DNA from: Epiperipatus broadwayi
Taxonomy: Eukaryota; Animalia; Onychophora
Length of the DNA stretch: 64,000 nucleotides
Direction of reading: 5' to 3'
NCBI GenBank assembly: GCA_028023455.1
Contig: JAQFVV010000003.1
Coordinates: 28,706,001-28,770,000 of the forward strand
Shown in pieces: positions 63,601 through 64,000 of the stretch. The translations under genes were made by a program, and so were the position numbers. A model generated the notes under the pieces. That model worked only from the letters and a program-made list of their open reading frames with translations, was not told the DNA's origin and did not search any database. How positions within the stretch are numbered: position 1 is the stretch's first letter; each line of letters opens with the position of its first letter.

Positions 63601-64000
63601 ATTTATAAAGTGTAATAATGATTAAATGGTTTACTTTGATTTGTGAGATGTGCTAGAGCCTATAGATGCTACTTTTTTTAAGCCATGGAAACAGAGTAGA
63701 CAGGTCCTTCTTTTAAACTCGCTCCCAGATATGGGGAGATAAACAAATGATCCCGTGGTAGTTGACCTTGTCACGTGGTCGGAAATGGAAAGGCAAAGAC
63801 CTCACACCGATACCACTCATGTGATTACTCTGAAGGATCCGGCCCGACGATTGGCCGTCCTCCCATCTCTGGAGTTTCCAAATCCTTTCGCAGTAGCGAA
63901 GCCCATTCTTCTTAAATACATGGCATCATTTAAGCCTATCACAGATCATTATGATTTGTAGGCGTAAATATCTATGCTAAGAACCATTTCCACGTCTTAC

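Noticed and set aside
63755-63961. 68-aa ORF in a GC-richer patch at the window end
   Set aside because: No recognisable domain. It may be the edge of a transposon extending beyond the window.
12700-64000. Downstream TMEM115 exon(s)
   Set aside because: I scanned by eye for AG|(T/C)TTYTTYCC and DAERRR-coding sequence and found no convincing match. A spliced alignment is needed.

Overview
Strongly AT-rich eukaryotic (animal, probably arthropod) genomic DNA. The only recognisable host gene is the first coding exon of TMEM115 (11961-12664, +). I could not find its downstream exons, so the rest of the window is probably intron or intergenic DNA. It is filled with decayed transposons: two copies of an APE-RT LINE, two Ty3/Gypsy relics, four RTE 3' fragments, a Tigger/pogo derivative, a hAT relic, an inverted pair of Penelope-like (GIY-YIG) relics, and MITE- or SINE-like pieces. 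The main finding is two unrelated non-coding repeat families (units of about 455 nt and about 480 nt). Each carries a type I hammerhead ribozyme fold: CUGAnGA/GAAA core, covarying stems, bulged extended stem I and palindromic helix III. I count about 17 such motifs. The copies occur as tandem, circularly permuted and inverted arrays flanked by 10-14 bp target-site duplications, which fits non-autonomous ribozyme retroelements (non-LTR retrozymes) possibly mobilised by Penelope-like elements. Notable cases are a 479-nt ribozyme-to-ribozyme unit with a tRNA-like Pol III promoter, an 84-nt tandem ribozyme pair in the presumed TMEM115 intron, and a G3:C8 compensatory core variant. All folds and alignments were read by eye and no activity is demonstrated.
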